Shown here in pieces: positions 45,609 through 55,744 of a stretch of 64,000 bases of DNA; position 1 is the first letter of the stretch, and the number at the start of each line of letters is the position of its first letter. Below the pieces are notes generated by a model. The model was not told the DNA's origin. It saw only the letters and a list, made by a program, of their open reading frames with translations, and made no database searches. This DNA is from Gammaproteobacteria bacterium (lineage in GTDB: Bacteria > Pseudomonadota > Gammaproteobacteria > JAJRRL01): NCBI GenBank assembly GCA_024279495.1, contig JAJRRL010000003.1:2323-66322 (forward strand), read 5' to 3'. A program made the position numbers and the translations under genes.

Positions 45609-47018
45609 TTAAAAAGAAGCGATAACATCAATATCACAAAAAGGAAGGGTTTTCCCTTGAATGATTTGCCCTTGTTCGCAGCCCTTTCCTGCAACGAGTA
45701 CGGTATCGTTGGTTTGTGCGATTGATAATGCGTGTTCGATCGCTTTTTTTCTATCGAGAATGATAAGTGGTTTTTGGAGTAAGTCTTTGCAAATAGCATC
45801 GGCGATGTCTTGCGGGGACTCATCACGAGGATTGTCGTTGGTGATTATGACTGTGTTTGCCAATTCAGAAGCAATGTTTCCCATGATCGCTCGTTTTCTT
45901 TTATCGCGGTTTCCGCCGCAACCAAAGACACAGATTAGTTTTCCTTCGGTAGATTTTTTCAACGTACTTAAGGCTTTTTCTAAAGCATCAGGAGTGTGAG
46001 CATAATCCACAATCGCGCGAATATTTTTTTGGTTTGATACCGTTTGCATTCGTCCGGGAACAGCTTTGAGTTCAGGGAGTGTTTTTTCAATGGTTTTTAA
46101 ATCGACGCCTAAGCTTCCAAGTACAGCCACCACAGCCAAGACATTACTTGTATTGAATTCTCCAATTAAGGAGTGACTCATGATTAATTCACCCCATGGC
46201 GTTTGAATGACATTGTTTTCTTTTAAGTGAATAGCAGGAACAGGGATGAGTGCGTTGGGGTCTGTTGAGTAAGCTAAGCATGTTTCCTTGATGGCATTTG
46301 ATTCTATCCAAGATCGACCAACAGCGTCATCCCAATTAATCACAGCTGTTTCTAAGCTAGGTTGTTCCCAGAGTTTGGCTTTGGCTTTTGCATACTCTTC
46401 CATGGTTTCATGATAATCCAAATGATCGTGCGAGAGATTAGTGAAAACACCGATTGGCATGTGAATCGCGCTCACGCGTGATTGATCGAGAGCATGGGAG
46501 GAGATTTCCATGGCAACATGAGTAGCGCCAGATTTTTGGCAATCAAGCAATGCTTTAATGCAAGTAATAGGGTCTGGCGTTGTTAAGCCAGTGTGATTGA
46601 GCTTTGGTAATACCCCAACGCCTAAGGTACCCACAACGCCACAGAGATAGTCGCAAGCAGTTAGTGCTTGCGCGAGATAGTGGCTCACTGATGTTTTGCC
46701 GTTAGTGCCAGTGATACCAATGACCGTTAGCGATTCAGAGGGTTTGCCATAAAAGTCATGAGCTAGTTCGCTGATGTGTTGTTGTAAATTTGCTACAGCA
46801 AGGGCGGGGCATTGTGAGGGAAGGTTTTGTGTTAATTTTTCCGGATCATACAAAATAGCTGACGCACCGGCCTTTGAGGCTTGCCCCATGAAATCACGCC
46901 CATCGGAGTTTACGCCTGGGTAAGCTAAAAACACATCGCCAGGCGACATCTTTCTACTATCTAAGCATAGCCCTGTGAATGACACATTAGGAAGACGTTT
47001 GGAAAGTAGGCTGCTCAT
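45609..47018 (-). CDS. murE: UDP-N-acetylmuramoyl-L-alanyl-D-glutamate--2,6-diaminopimelate ligase. It is inverted relative to the rest of the dcw cluster.
   Basis: GITGTNGKTS P-loop. DNPR motif (meso-DAP specificity). VFGCGGNRD. Start ATG at 47018 with AAGGAG RBS. Confidence 0.9.
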   Translation of the reverse strand: MSSLLSKRLPNVSFTGLCLDSRKMSPGDVFLAYPGVNSDGRDFMGQASKAGASAILYDPEKLTQNLPSQCPALAVANLQQHISELAHDFYGKPSESLTVIGITGTNGKTSVSHYLAQALTACDYLCGVVGTLGVGVLPKLNHTGLTTPDPITCIKALLDCQKSGATHVAMEISSHALDQSRVSAIHMPIGVFTNLSHDHLDYHETMEEYAKAKAKLWEQPSLETAVINWDDAVGRSWIESNAIKETCLAYSTDPNALIPVPAIHLKENNVIQTPWGELIMSHSLIGEFNTSNVLAVVAVLGSLGVDLKTIEKTLPELKAVPGRMQTVSNQKNIRAIVDYAHTPDALEKALSTLKKSTEGKLICVFGCGGNRDKRKRAIMGNIASELANTVIITNDNPRDESPQDIADAICKDLLQKPLIILDRKKAIEHALSIAQTNDTVLVAGKGCEQGQIIQGKTLPFCDIDVIASF

Positions 47019-47220
47019 GGAGACTCCTTGGTTTGCTACGATAGGAATTGCCTTGATTTTAGCAGCACATTGAGGCAAGCATCCAGTCAAGGTTAGTCAT
47101 TTTTCAGCGCTATTTTTTTATTGCATAAAGAGATTTTCTGTTGATGGACTCATGTGGTTTCAAGCTGATCAGTATGCTACTCTTCAGCCCTGCTAACTAT
47201 ATATAAAGTAGAGGAATATC

Positions 47221-48570
47221 ATGAAATCATCACTAGCTGCTGTTGCTACTGCTTTGGGCTTGCCTTGGGGTGGAGAAGAGTGTGACTTCGAAAGGATTTG
47301 TATTGATTCACGTCACATTACGCCAGGGTGTTTGTTTATTGCTCTAAAAGGTGAGCAGTTTGATGGTCATGATTTTGTAAAAGAAGCCAGCAAGCAAGCC
47401 GCTGCTTGTTTAGTAAGCCAGAGCGTCGACTCATCTGCTCCACTTCTTGTAGTAAACGATACGCTTGAAGCCATGACCCAAATGGCTGCATGGTGGCGAA
47501 AAAAGTATACAGGACCTGTTCTAGCCATTACTGGCAGTTGTGGTAAAACCACCACTCGTTCCCTTTTATCGGCTCTAATGGCTAGCCAAGGCTCGGTTCA
47601 TGCAAGCATTAAAAGTCATAATAATCACATTGGTGTTCCGCTGACATTGCTCGGCATTCGCTCAGATCACGATAGCGTTGTGGCCGAAGTGGGTACTAGC
47701 GGGCCTGGTGAGATTGTAGCCTTAGCAGACATCATTCAGGCAACGATTGCGATTATTACACTTGCAGCTCCTGTTCATTTGGATGGTTTGGGTTCGCTAG
47801 CGGGTATTGTGGAAGAAAAAGGAGCTTTGGTTCGCTCACTCAAATCCGGTGGGGTGGCTATTTTAAATGCAGATGATCCTGCTTTTGAGCAATGGAAAGA
47901 GATGCTGCTTGAAGGTGTGCGTTTGGTTTCTTTTGGAGCTCAAAGCTCTGCTGATATTACTGTGACTAAATGGAAGTCGTTACCAAATGCTCGTTCTCGA
48001 GCGCGTTTGTCAGTGATGGGCGAGACAGTTGATATTGAAGTCCCCATGGTTGGTGAGCATCATGCCACAAATGTGGCGGCTGCTTGTGCGGCTGCTTATG
48101 CGGCAGGAGTGCCTATGTCAGCGATGCCAGAGGCTTTGGCTTCTGCTGTTTTGCCGCCAAATCGTTTGGTTCCGAAAAGTGGTTTTAATGGCGCTTATTT
48201 AATTGATGATACTTACAACGCAAATCCTCTGGCTGTGTCGGCAGCCATTAAGGTTCTGATGAGCTCTCCTCAAGCAAAAAAAGTACTGGTATTAGGTGAT
48301 ATGGGTGAGTTGGGTGATCAAGTAGAGAGTTTGCATGCATCTGTTGGCTTAGAAGCGCGAGACCTGGGGGTTGATCGATTGTTTGCTTATGGCGAAGCAA
48401 TGAAGCATGCGGTTGCAGCTTTCGGCGATGGCGCTCAACACTTTGAGACAAAGCAGTCGCTCTTAGAGGCTTTGCATGAGATAATGGATGCAGATACGGT
48501 AGTGCTTATCAAAGGCTCCCGTTTTATGCGCATGGAAGAAATCACACAAGGCTGTGTTGATCTGACGTAA
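47221..48570 (+). CDS. murF: UDP-N-acetylmuramoyl-tripeptide--D-alanyl-D-alanine ligase
   Basis: ITGSCGKTTT, DDTYNANP. 449 aa. Confidence 0.9.
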   Translation: MKSSLAAVATALGLPWGGEECDFERICIDSRHITPGCLFIALKGEQFDGHDFVKEASKQAAACLVSQSVDSSAPLLVVNDTLEAMTQMAAWWRKKYTGPVLAITGSCGKTTTRSLLSALMASQGSVHASIKSHNNHIGVPLTLLGIRSDHDSVVAEVGTSGPGEIVALADIIQATIAIITLAAPVHLDGLGSLAGIVEEKGALVRSLKSGGVAILNADDPAFEQWKEMLLEGVRLVSFGAQSSADITVTKWKSLPNARSRARLSVMGETVDIEVPMVGEHHATNVAAACAAAYAAGVPMSAMPEALASAVLPPNRLVPKSGFNGAYLIDDTYNANPLAVSAAIKVLMSSPQAKKVLVLGDMGELGDQVESLHASVGLEARDLGVDRLFAYGEAMKHAVAAFGDGAQHFETKQSLLEALHEIMDADTVVLIKGSRFMRMEEITQGCVDLT

Positions 48571-48585
48571 CAGGGAGAGTAAGTA

Positions 48586-49632
48586 ATGGTAACGATGTGG
48601 TTGGGAATGCACAGTGTTTTGTTTTGTCTGCTTGCTTTGCTAGTGTCTTTGGCATTGAGTTTGTGTTTAGGTAGGCCTTACATTCGGCAGTTGCAAAAAG
48701 CACAATTTAAGCAGGTTATTCGAAAAGAAGGTCCAGAATCACACCTTAAAAAACAAGGCACCCCAACCATGGGTGGTGGCCTTATTGTCGCTGTAGCTAC
48801 TATTACCACCTTACTTTTTTCAAATTGGCATAGCCTGTATGTGTGGCTGATCTTAGGAGTGTTAGTAGCAACAGCAGTATTGGGTTGGTTTGATGATTAT
48901 CAAAAAGTGACTAAGGCTAATACAAAAGGATTGTCAGGGAAGGCGAAGTTGTTTTGGCAGATCATGATAGCCGCGATTGCTTTGTTGATTGCTTACCGAT
49001 TTGCGCCATCACCAGCTTATACAGCGCTTAGCATTCCATTTATCAAATCATGCACAATAGCACTTGGTGGTTGGTTTGTGGTGCTTGGTGTGCTTGTGAT
49101 TGTCGGAACCAGCAACGCAGTCAACTTAACCGATGGCTTGGATGGCTTGGTCTCCATGCCGATTGTGCTGGTTCTTTTGGGTTTATTGGTGTGTTCCTCC
49201 TTGATGGGGAGCCAGGGATTAAGTGCTTTTTTTCACCTGCAGTACATGCCATCTTTGGCTGACATTAGCATTGTGATTTGTTCGCTGATTGGCGCTGTGC
49301 TTGGGTTTTTGTGGTTTAACGTGCACCCAGCTGAGATGTTCATGGGAGACCTGGGTTCTCTCAGTCTTGGCGCTGTTATCGGGATGATGGCCATGATGCT
49401 TCGGGAAGAATTATTACTGGTGATAATAGGAGGGCTTTTTGTTGCAGAAGCTTTATCGGTGATTATCCAGGTAGCTTCTTTTCGTTGCAGGCAAGGCAAG
49501 CGAGTCTTTAAAATGGCACCGTTTCACCATCACTTTGAACTTTCTGGCTGGGCTGAGTCGCGGGTTGTCATGCGCTTTTGGTGGGTCAGTTTACTGTTGT
49601 TATTAATCGGTATGACCAGTTTGTTTGTGTAG
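48586..49632 (+). CDS. mraY: Phospho-N-acetylmuramoyl-pentapeptide transferase
   Basis: KQGTPTMGG, NAVNLTDGLDGL and 10 TM. 348 aa. Confidence 0.9.
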   Translation: MVTMWLGMHSVLFCLLALLVSLALSLCLGRPYIRQLQKAQFKQVIRKEGPESHLKKQGTPTMGGGLIVAVATITTLLFSNWHSLYVWLILGVLVATAVLGWFDDYQKVTKANTKGLSGKAKLFWQIMIAAIALLIAYRFAPSPAYTALSIPFIKSCTIALGGWFVVLGVLVIVGTSNAVNLTDGLDGLVSMPIVLVLLGLLVCSSLMGSQGLSAFFHLQYMPSLADISIVICSLIGAVLGFLWFNVHPAEMFMGDLGSLSLGAVIGMMAMMLREELLLVIIGGLFVAEALSVIIQVASFRCRQGKRVFKMAPFHHHFELSGWAESRVVMRFWWVSLLLLLIGMTSLFV

Positions 49633-49647
49633 TTTGAGGAGGCGTCA

Positions 49648-50979
49648 GTGGGTCGTAGTATTCCTGGATACGATGAAGTCAAAACGGTATTGGTGATCGG
49701 CCTAGGAAAGACAGGTCATTCCTTTCTTCGTTATTTGTCACGCTACGACGTTCAGGTATACATCACAGACACGCGTCTTTCTAAAGAAGACATAGCGGAT
49801 CGCTTGGATGCTTCTGTGCAAGCGTTTGTTTGGGATGAAAACGAAACACCTCTATCAGAGATTGATTTAGTGGCAGCTAGCCCGGGTGTTCCCATGCATG
49901 ATTCCTTGATTCAGCGTATCGACTCTTTAGGTATATCTGTTTGCAGTGACGTTGCTTTTTTTAGTCAAGCCATACAGTCCCCGATGATTGCTATCACTGG
50001 AACGAATGGCAAAACAACAGTCACTACCTTAGTCACACGTTTGCTGAAAGAGGCAGGGTTATCAGCGATAGCTTGCGGTAATATTGGCCTTCCTGTTTTA
50101 GAGTTGTTAGAGGAAGACGCCCTAGAGTCGGCGCCAGATTTTTATGTGTGTGAATTATCTAGCGCACAGTTGGCGCGTTCACCAGAATTGAATGCTAAAG
50201 TGGCTGTGTGTTTAAACATCACCGATAATCATCTCGATTGGCATGGCTCAGCTGCTCATTACGCGCAATCAAAAAAGCACATTTATGATGGCTGCTCTTT
50301 AGCGGTTGTGCCAAAAGGAGAGGTGGTTGATGCATCTGCGACGCTTTCTTTTTCATCGAAAACGGATGCTGATGTGTGTGTGAGAGATGGGTATTATTGC
50401 ATTCAAGGAGAGCCTTTGCTGCCGGTAGAGTCAACCTCATTGCGTGCAGCCCACGAGCAGGCCAATGTCTGTGCTGCATTGGCCTGTGTGGTCGGCTGTG
50501 GTGTGGATGTTAAGCAAGTGGTTTCAGCGCTTCAATCATTCACGGCTTTGCCGCATCGATGTCAAAAATTAGGAATGCATCAAGGTGTTTTGTGGATTAA
50601 CGATTCTAAAGCAACCAGTGTTGTTGCAGCTTGTGCTGGTATGGCTGTTGCAGGAGAAGGTCTTTCGGGAAAAGTGATTCTAATCATGGGAGGCCTGTCT
50701 AAGGGTGCCGATTTACATCCTTTGGTAGATCCTATTTCACGTCTTGCCAAGCATGTGTTGCTGATGGGGAAAGACGCTCATCGTTTTGAAGAAGTGCTTT
50801 TGGCAGTCGTTGACTTAACGCGTGTGTCTAGTATGGAAGAAGCAGTTAGCCTGGCGGCTCAGCTGGCCAAGAGAGGGGATGCTGTTTTACTTGCGACAGC
50901 ATGTGATAGTCGAGACATGTTCACCAACTACGAAGAGCGAGGGGAAATCTTTTGCGACTTGGTGGCTAAGTTACATTAG
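49648..50979 (+). CDS. murD: UDP-N-acetylmuramoylalanine--D-glutamate ligase
   Basis: GTG start with GAGGAGG RBS. ITGTNGKTT. 443 aa. Confidence 0.9.
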   Translation: MGRSIPGYDEVKTVLVIGLGKTGHSFLRYLSRYDVQVYITDTRLSKEDIADRLDASVQAFVWDENETPLSEIDLVAASPGVPMHDSLIQRIDSLGISVCSDVAFFSQAIQSPMIAITGTNGKTTVTTLVTRLLKEAGLSAIACGNIGLPVLELLEEDALESAPDFYVCELSSAQLARSPELNAKVAVCLNITDNHLDWHGSAAHYAQSKKHIYDGCSLAVVPKGEVVDASATLSFSSKTDADVCVRDGYYCIQGEPLLPVESTSLRAAHEQANVCAALACVVGCGVDVKQVVSALQSFTALPHRCQKLGMHQGVLWINDSKATSVVAACAGMAVAGEGLSGKVILIMGGLSKGADLHPLVDPISRLAKHVLLMGKDAHRFEEVLLAVVDLTRVSSMEEAVSLAAQLAKRGDAVLLATACDSRDMFTNYEERGEIFCDLVAKLH

Positions 50980-50990
50980 GAAGAGGGCGG

Positions 50991-52166
50991 ATGATACAAG
51001 CTGTACGAAGAGATAGGTTGCAACCTGACAATCAAGAGAGTTCTTTTTTAAAAGACCAATGGCTCATGTTGTCGGTTGGTCTTTTGTTGGTGTTAGGTTT
51101 TGTGATGGTTGCTTCGGCATCGATGATTATTTCCGATCGTGTATTCCATGACCCTTTTCATTACATGATTCGCCAGGGTGTGTATTTGCTTATTAGTGTG
51201 TTGGCAATGTGGGGAGTGACTCGTATCCCATTGTTATTGTGGCAGCGTTTTAGTATCGCTTTATTATTGGTAAGTGTTGTGTTGCTGATTGCTGTCTTGA
51301 TTCCAGGTATTGGGCATGTGGTGAATGGTAGCCGACGCTGGATACATCTACCTTTTATGTCAATTCAGTTGTCGGAGTTTGTGAAATTATCGGTTGTTGT
51401 TTTTTTAGCAGATTACGCAACGCGAAAAGCGCAAGCACTTCGAACTGACCTGGTTTGCTTTTTAAAGCCATTGCTTTTTGTTGGCGTACTTATATTTTTA
51501 CTGTTGCTTGAGCCTGATTTTGGAACGTCCAGTATTTTGATTGCGATCACTTTGTCTGTTTTATTTATCGCCGAAGCACCTCTTAAACCTTTCTTATTGC
51601 TGGTTGCTTGTGTTGCAGTTGTGTTTGCGGCATTAGCGATATTGAGTCCTTATCGTCTGGCTCGTCTTTTGTCGTTTTTGCATCCATGGAAAACACCGTA
51701 TGGTTCGGGTTATCAACTGACGCAGTCTCTGATTGCCTTTGGGCGTGGAGGTGTGTTTGGTGTGGGTTTAGGCAATGGTTTGCAAAAACTACTGTACCTA
51801 CCAGAAGCGCATACAGATTTTTTATATGCGGTGATTGGTGAAGAGTTTGGTCTCACAGGCAGTTTAGTTGTTTTATTATTGTTTGGTACTTTTATTGCTC
51901 GTGCGTGTTGGTGGGGGCGGGAAGCTTTACGTCAGTCTCAGTCGTTTGCAGGTTTGATTGCTTACGGGATAGCTTTCTGGATTGCCTATCAGGTAGCCAT
52001 CAACTGCGGTGTGACCTTAGGTCTTTTTCCAACGAAAGGTTTGACTTTGCCATTTATGAGTTATGGAGGCAGTAGTTTGTTGGTATGTTGTCTGGGCGCT
52101 GGACTTTTATTACGCGTTACTGCTGAAGTGGGATCTTATTCGCGAGGACTTGATTATGGTCGCTAA
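50991..52166 (+). CDS. ftsW: Peptidoglycan glycosyltransferase / lipid II flippase FtsW
   Basis: SEDS family. 10 TM. Conserved position between murD and murG. Confidence 0.85.
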   Translation: MIQAVRRDRLQPDNQESSFLKDQWLMLSVGLLLVLGFVMVASASMIISDRVFHDPFHYMIRQGVYLLISVLAMWGVTRIPLLLWQRFSIALLLVSVVLLIAVLIPGIGHVVNGSRRWIHLPFMSIQLSEFVKLSVVVFLADYATRKAQALRTDLVCFLKPLLFVGVLIFLLLLEPDFGTSSILIAITLSVLFIAEAPLKPFLLLVACVAVVFAALAILSPYRLARLLSFLHPWKTPYGSGYQLTQSLIAFGRGGVFGVGLGNGLQKLLYLPEAHTDFLYAVIGEEFGLTGSLVVLLLFGTFIARACWWGREALRQSQSFAGLIAYGIAFWIAYQVAINCGVTLGLFPTKGLTLPFMSYGGSSLLVCCLGAGLLLRVTAEVGSYSRGLDYGR

Positions 52167-53241
52167 AGAAAAAAATCGCCTTGAGCGTGTGTTGATTTCA
52201 GCAGGAGGAACAGGAGGGCATATTTTCCCTGGGCTAGCCTTAGCTGATGCTTTTCAGAAAGCAGGAGTTGGTGTGTCATGGTTGGGTTCTAAGCGTCAAT
52301 TGGATCAAGAATTAATTGTTGGCAAACTACCGTTTCATGCTTTACCTATGGAGGGTTGGCGAGGTCGAGGTGTAATGGGTCGAATTCGAACATTGCTTAC
52401 CTTAATTCGCTCATGTTGGAAGGCCTGGCGTTACATCAAGTGTTTTTCACCGGATGTTGTGGTTACGTTTGGTGGTTATGTCACTGTTCCGGTTGGTTTG
52501 ATGGCTTGGCTTTTGCGTATTCCATTAGTGATTCATGAACAAAATTCTGTGCCAGGTAGCGCTAATCGCTTGCTTGCGCGCCTTGCTAAGAAAACCATGA
52601 CTGCTTTCCCTAAGGTGTTGGCTAATTCGACAGTATGTGGCAACCCTCTGCGAAAAGAATTCGAGGGTGTGGTGAAAGAACATAAGCAGTTTAAGGGTCA
52701 GTGTCATGTGCTTGTGCTCGGAGGTTCGTTGGGCGCATCAGCTATTAATGATGTTGTGTTAGAGTTTGCGTCTAATTGGAATAACAAAGAAGTCAGCTTA
52801 TCTATTAAACATCAAACAGGTGAATCCGATTACAAACGTATGGAAGGAGCTTATGGAGCATTAGAGACACTTTCTAACGTTGTTAGTGTGAAGCCGTTTA
52901 TTGATAATATGTTAGAGTCGATGCTTCAAGCCGACTTAATCATTGCTCGTTCAGGAGCACTAACTGTGAGTGAAATTGCAGCGGTGGGAGTGGCTAGTAT
53001 TTTAGTGCCTTATCCAAAAGCGATTGATGATCATCAGTTTAAAAATGCGATGCTTTTAGCTGATTCGGGAGCAGCTATTGTGGTTCGTGAAGAGCGATTG
53101 ACAGTTGAATATCTGACCAGTATAGTCACGGCTCTCGTGCAAGAATCAGGGCGTTGTGAAGCAATGGGGAAGGCGGCGCTTAGTGTTCATCGGGCCAATG
53201 CTGTTACCACGATAATGCAAGCATGTGAAGAAGTAGCGTAA
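52156..53241 (+). CDS. murG: Undecaprenyldiphospho-muramoylpentapeptide beta-N-acetylglucosaminyltransferase
   Basis: VLISAGGTGGHIFPGLALA N-terminus. 361 aa from the ATG at 52156, overlapping the ftsW end. Confidence 0.9.
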   Translation: MVAKEKNRLERVLISAGGTGGHIFPGLALADAFQKAGVGVSWLGSKRQLDQELIVGKLPFHALPMEGWRGRGVMGRIRTLLTLIRSCWKAWRYIKCFSPDVVVTFGGYVTVPVGLMAWLLRIPLVIHEQNSVPGSANRLLARLAKKTMTAFPKVLANSTVCGNPLRKEFEGVVKEHKQFKGQCHVLVLGGSLGASAINDVVLEFASNWNNKEVSLSIKHQTGESDYKRMEGAYGALETLSNVVSVKPFIDNMLESMLQADLIIARSGALTVSEIAAVGVASILVPYPKAIDDHQFKNAMLLADSGAAIVVREERLTVEYLTSIVTALVQESGRCEAMGKAALSVHRANAVTTIMQACEEVA

Positions 53242-53242
53242 T

Positions 53243-54700
53243 GTGAGAAAACAGTTATTAGAGATTAAGAGAGGAGTAGATAGCGTGAAGACACAAGACA
53301 TTCAAGCGATCTTAGTATCTCCAAAGACACGTCGAGTACACTGCATAGGTTTGGGAGGTATCGGTGTTGGAGGTATCGCTGAGTGGTTAGTTCACTTGGG
53401 ATTTAAAGTCAGTGGTTCGGATTTACATGATGGCCCTCGCTTGGATTTTTACCGCGAGTTAGGCGTCGATGTTTTTATTGGGCATCATCAAGATAACGTG
53501 CGCCAAGCTGATTTAATTGTGTATACCAGTGCTGCTAAAGAAGATCATCCTGAAAGGCAAGCAGCGCAGGCCTTAGGTATTTCACAATGCTCGCGGGGCC
53601 AGATATTAGCAGCGTTGGTCAATGACAAAAAAAATATTATTGTTACGGGTTCACATGGAAAAACAACAACAACAGCAATGACGGCCTACGCATTGCAAGC
53701 AGCGCATGTATCAATGAATTACTATTTGGGTGGTACCATTGGGCAGTCAATGAGTACAGTCTCTGTTGATTCAAAAGAGGCTTTGTGCGTGCTAGAAGCA
53801 GATGAAAGCGATGCTTCTTTTTTGTATTTAGACAATCCAGACTGCATGATCATCACAAACATTGATGCAGATCATTTATCCACTTACGATGGTTGCATTA
53901 AAAAGCTCAGAGATTGCTTTGTAAGTTTGCTTTTACGATTGCCTGCAGATGGTTTGGGTGTTTTGTGTGTTGATGATATAGGTGTGCAATCGATTTTAGC
54001 TCAGGTAACAGTGCCGCATGTCACCTATGGTTTTTCAAAAGAGGCTGACTATCAAATTGTTTCTTATAGTGGAGAAGGGTTCGAGTCTGTTATCGATGTA
54101 AATACACCTGAAGGAGATAGCCTCACCTTGACTGTGCCAATGCCAGGAAAGCATAACGCTTTAAACGCGTTGGCGGCATGGTTAGCTTGCCGTTGGGCGG
54201 CTCCAGAAGCATTGCAAGAGGCAGGCATTGTATGGCCTAATTTCCCAGGTGTTGCCAGACGTTTTATGTCTCGAGGATCGTTTAAGATCAATGGCGCCGA
54301 CATACCAGTGATTGAAGATTACGGCCATCATCCTCGTGAAATAGAAGTAACTGTTGCAGCTGCTCGGTTGGCATGGCCCAAAAAGCGTGTGGTGATGTTG
54401 TTTCAGCCGCACCGTTATACTCGAACAGCTGATTTGAAACAGGAATTCATCGATGTGTTGAGTGAGCTTGATGCGTTGATTCTTATGCCTGTCTACTCAG
54501 CAGGAGAAGCCTCCATACCAGGCATTCATTCAGAAGCCTTAGCGAAGGCAATTAAGAGTCAATCAAATAAGCCACTTGCCTTGATGAAAGAGAATGCTTC
54601 ATTGAAAGCATTGCTTCATGAGACACTGCAAGAGGGAGATGTCTTGCTTTTGCAAGGTGCTGGAGATGTGGGTGCTTTGGCGATTCATGCGTTGGGCTAA
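53243..54700 (+). CDS. murC: UDP-N-acetylmuramate--L-alanine ligase
   Basis: HCIGLGGIGVGGIAEW, GSHGKTTTT. 485 aa. Confidence 0.9.
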   Translation: MRKQLLEIKRGVDSVKTQDIQAILVSPKTRRVHCIGLGGIGVGGIAEWLVHLGFKVSGSDLHDGPRLDFYRELGVDVFIGHHQDNVRQADLIVYTSAAKEDHPERQAAQALGISQCSRGQILAALVNDKKNIIVTGSHGKTTTTAMTAYALQAAHVSMNYYLGGTIGQSMSTVSVDSKEALCVLEADESDASFLYLDNPDCMIITNIDADHLSTYDGCIKKLRDCFVSLLLRLPADGLGVLCVDDIGVQSILAQVTVPHVTYGFSKEADYQIVSYSGEGFESVIDVNTPEGDSLTLTVPMPGKHNALNALAAWLACRWAAPEALQEAGIVWPNFPGVARRFMSRGSFKINGADIPVIEDYGHHPREIEVTVAAARLAWPKKRVVMLFQPHRYTRTADLKQEFIDVLSELDALILMPVYSAGEASIPGIHSEALAKAIKSQSNKPLALMKENASLKALLHETLQEGDVLLLQGAGDVGALAIHALG

Positions 54701-54767
54701 GTTTCAAATAAGCCAACACCAGTATTCGCTCTCTTAGAAAACTGCTAAACTTGGTAGAGAAGGGGGG

Positions 54768-55574
54768 TTGTGCATGCTTTCGCGGAAAAAAAAGGTTCAG
54801 TATCAGGCGACTCGATTTCAGTCTGAACAGTCACGTCTCGAACCACCACACCGTTCGTATTGGGAGTGGGTGTTACTTGCTATCTTGATTTTTTCTTGTG
54901 CCATTAGTGCCTACTTACTGGTCAATAGTAGACGCTTTGTTGTTAAGCAGGTGCAATTACATCAACACGGCCATCACATTCAAATTGCTCAACTCACAGC
55001 CATTATCAGCAAACAAACCAAAGGTACTTCTTTCTCTTTTAGCTGCGATCGCTTGCGTCGTCGTTTGTTGTTGCTTCCTTGGGTGCAGTCGGTATCAGTG
55101 CGCAGGCATTGGCCTGATGCGGTTTCTGTTTGGTTAAAAGAAAGACAGGCTGTTGCTGTTTGGGATGAATCTGCTTTGCTCGATAAAGAGGGTGTGGTTT
55201 TCTATCCGCCTCTAGAAACCTTTCCAGCCGATTTGCCGCGCTTGTCGAGTCATGATCAGGAGCCAGCCGATGTGTTGGCAGTCTATGAAAAAATTGCGGC
55301 TAGCCTGAAGACCGCGCATTTAAGACTTGTTTCCATGAATGCGGTATCAGCGAGTAGTTGGGAATTGCTTTTGCCAACAGGTACTGTGATCATGTTGCCT
55401 AAAGAAAAAGCAGACCAAGCGTTGCAGCATTGGTTGTCTGTTTATCCACAATTGATGAAAGGACGCATGCAAGAAGTAAAGCGTATTGATTTACGTTACT
55501 CGCATGGTATGGCGGTTCAATGGGTAGACAAAAAGCGGTTTAAAAGAGCAAAGTTAAAAAAGAAACAGAAATAG
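54768..55574 (+). CDS. ftsQ: Cell division protein FtsQ (POTRA domain)
   Basis: Bitopic. The TM is WVLLAILIFSCAISAYLL, followed by a POTRA-like region. Conserved position upstream of ftsA. Confidence 0.7.
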   Translation: MCMLSRKKKVQYQATRFQSEQSRLEPPHRSYWEWVLLAILIFSCAISAYLLVNSRRFVVKQVQLHQHGHHIQIAQLTAIISKQTKGTSFSFSCDRLRRRLLLLPWVQSVSVRRHWPDAVSVWLKERQAVAVWDESALLDKEGVVFYPPLETFPADLPRLSSHDQEPADVLAVYEKIAASLKTAHLRLVSMNAVSASSWELLLPTGTVIMLPKEKADQALQHWLSVYPQLMKGRMQEVKRIDLRYSHGMAVQWVDKKRFKRAKLKKKQK

Positions 55575-55744
55575 GTTTTTTTGAAACCACCTATAGGGAA
55601 GGTTTTGAAAAAACAGATAATAACGTCAGCTCTATGGTGCATTTCTCGCTAGTGTTAGATGATTGATTAACCTATAATAGGCACACCGAAGCTCAATGAC
55701 TTGAGCGGTTTTTGCGCATATTGTTGACAGGGAGATACCCCCAA

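Noticed and set aside
45578-45826. An 82-aa minus-strand ORF spanning the murE stop region
   Set aside because: It is in another frame and overlaps the well-supported murE C-terminus. A K-rich translation product like this is typical of AT-rich non-coding read-through.
47019-47220. A family C repeat fragment in the murE/murF intergenic region (cttcagccctgctaac)
   Set aside because: Only ~12 nt match the family C start, which is too short to distinguish from chance.
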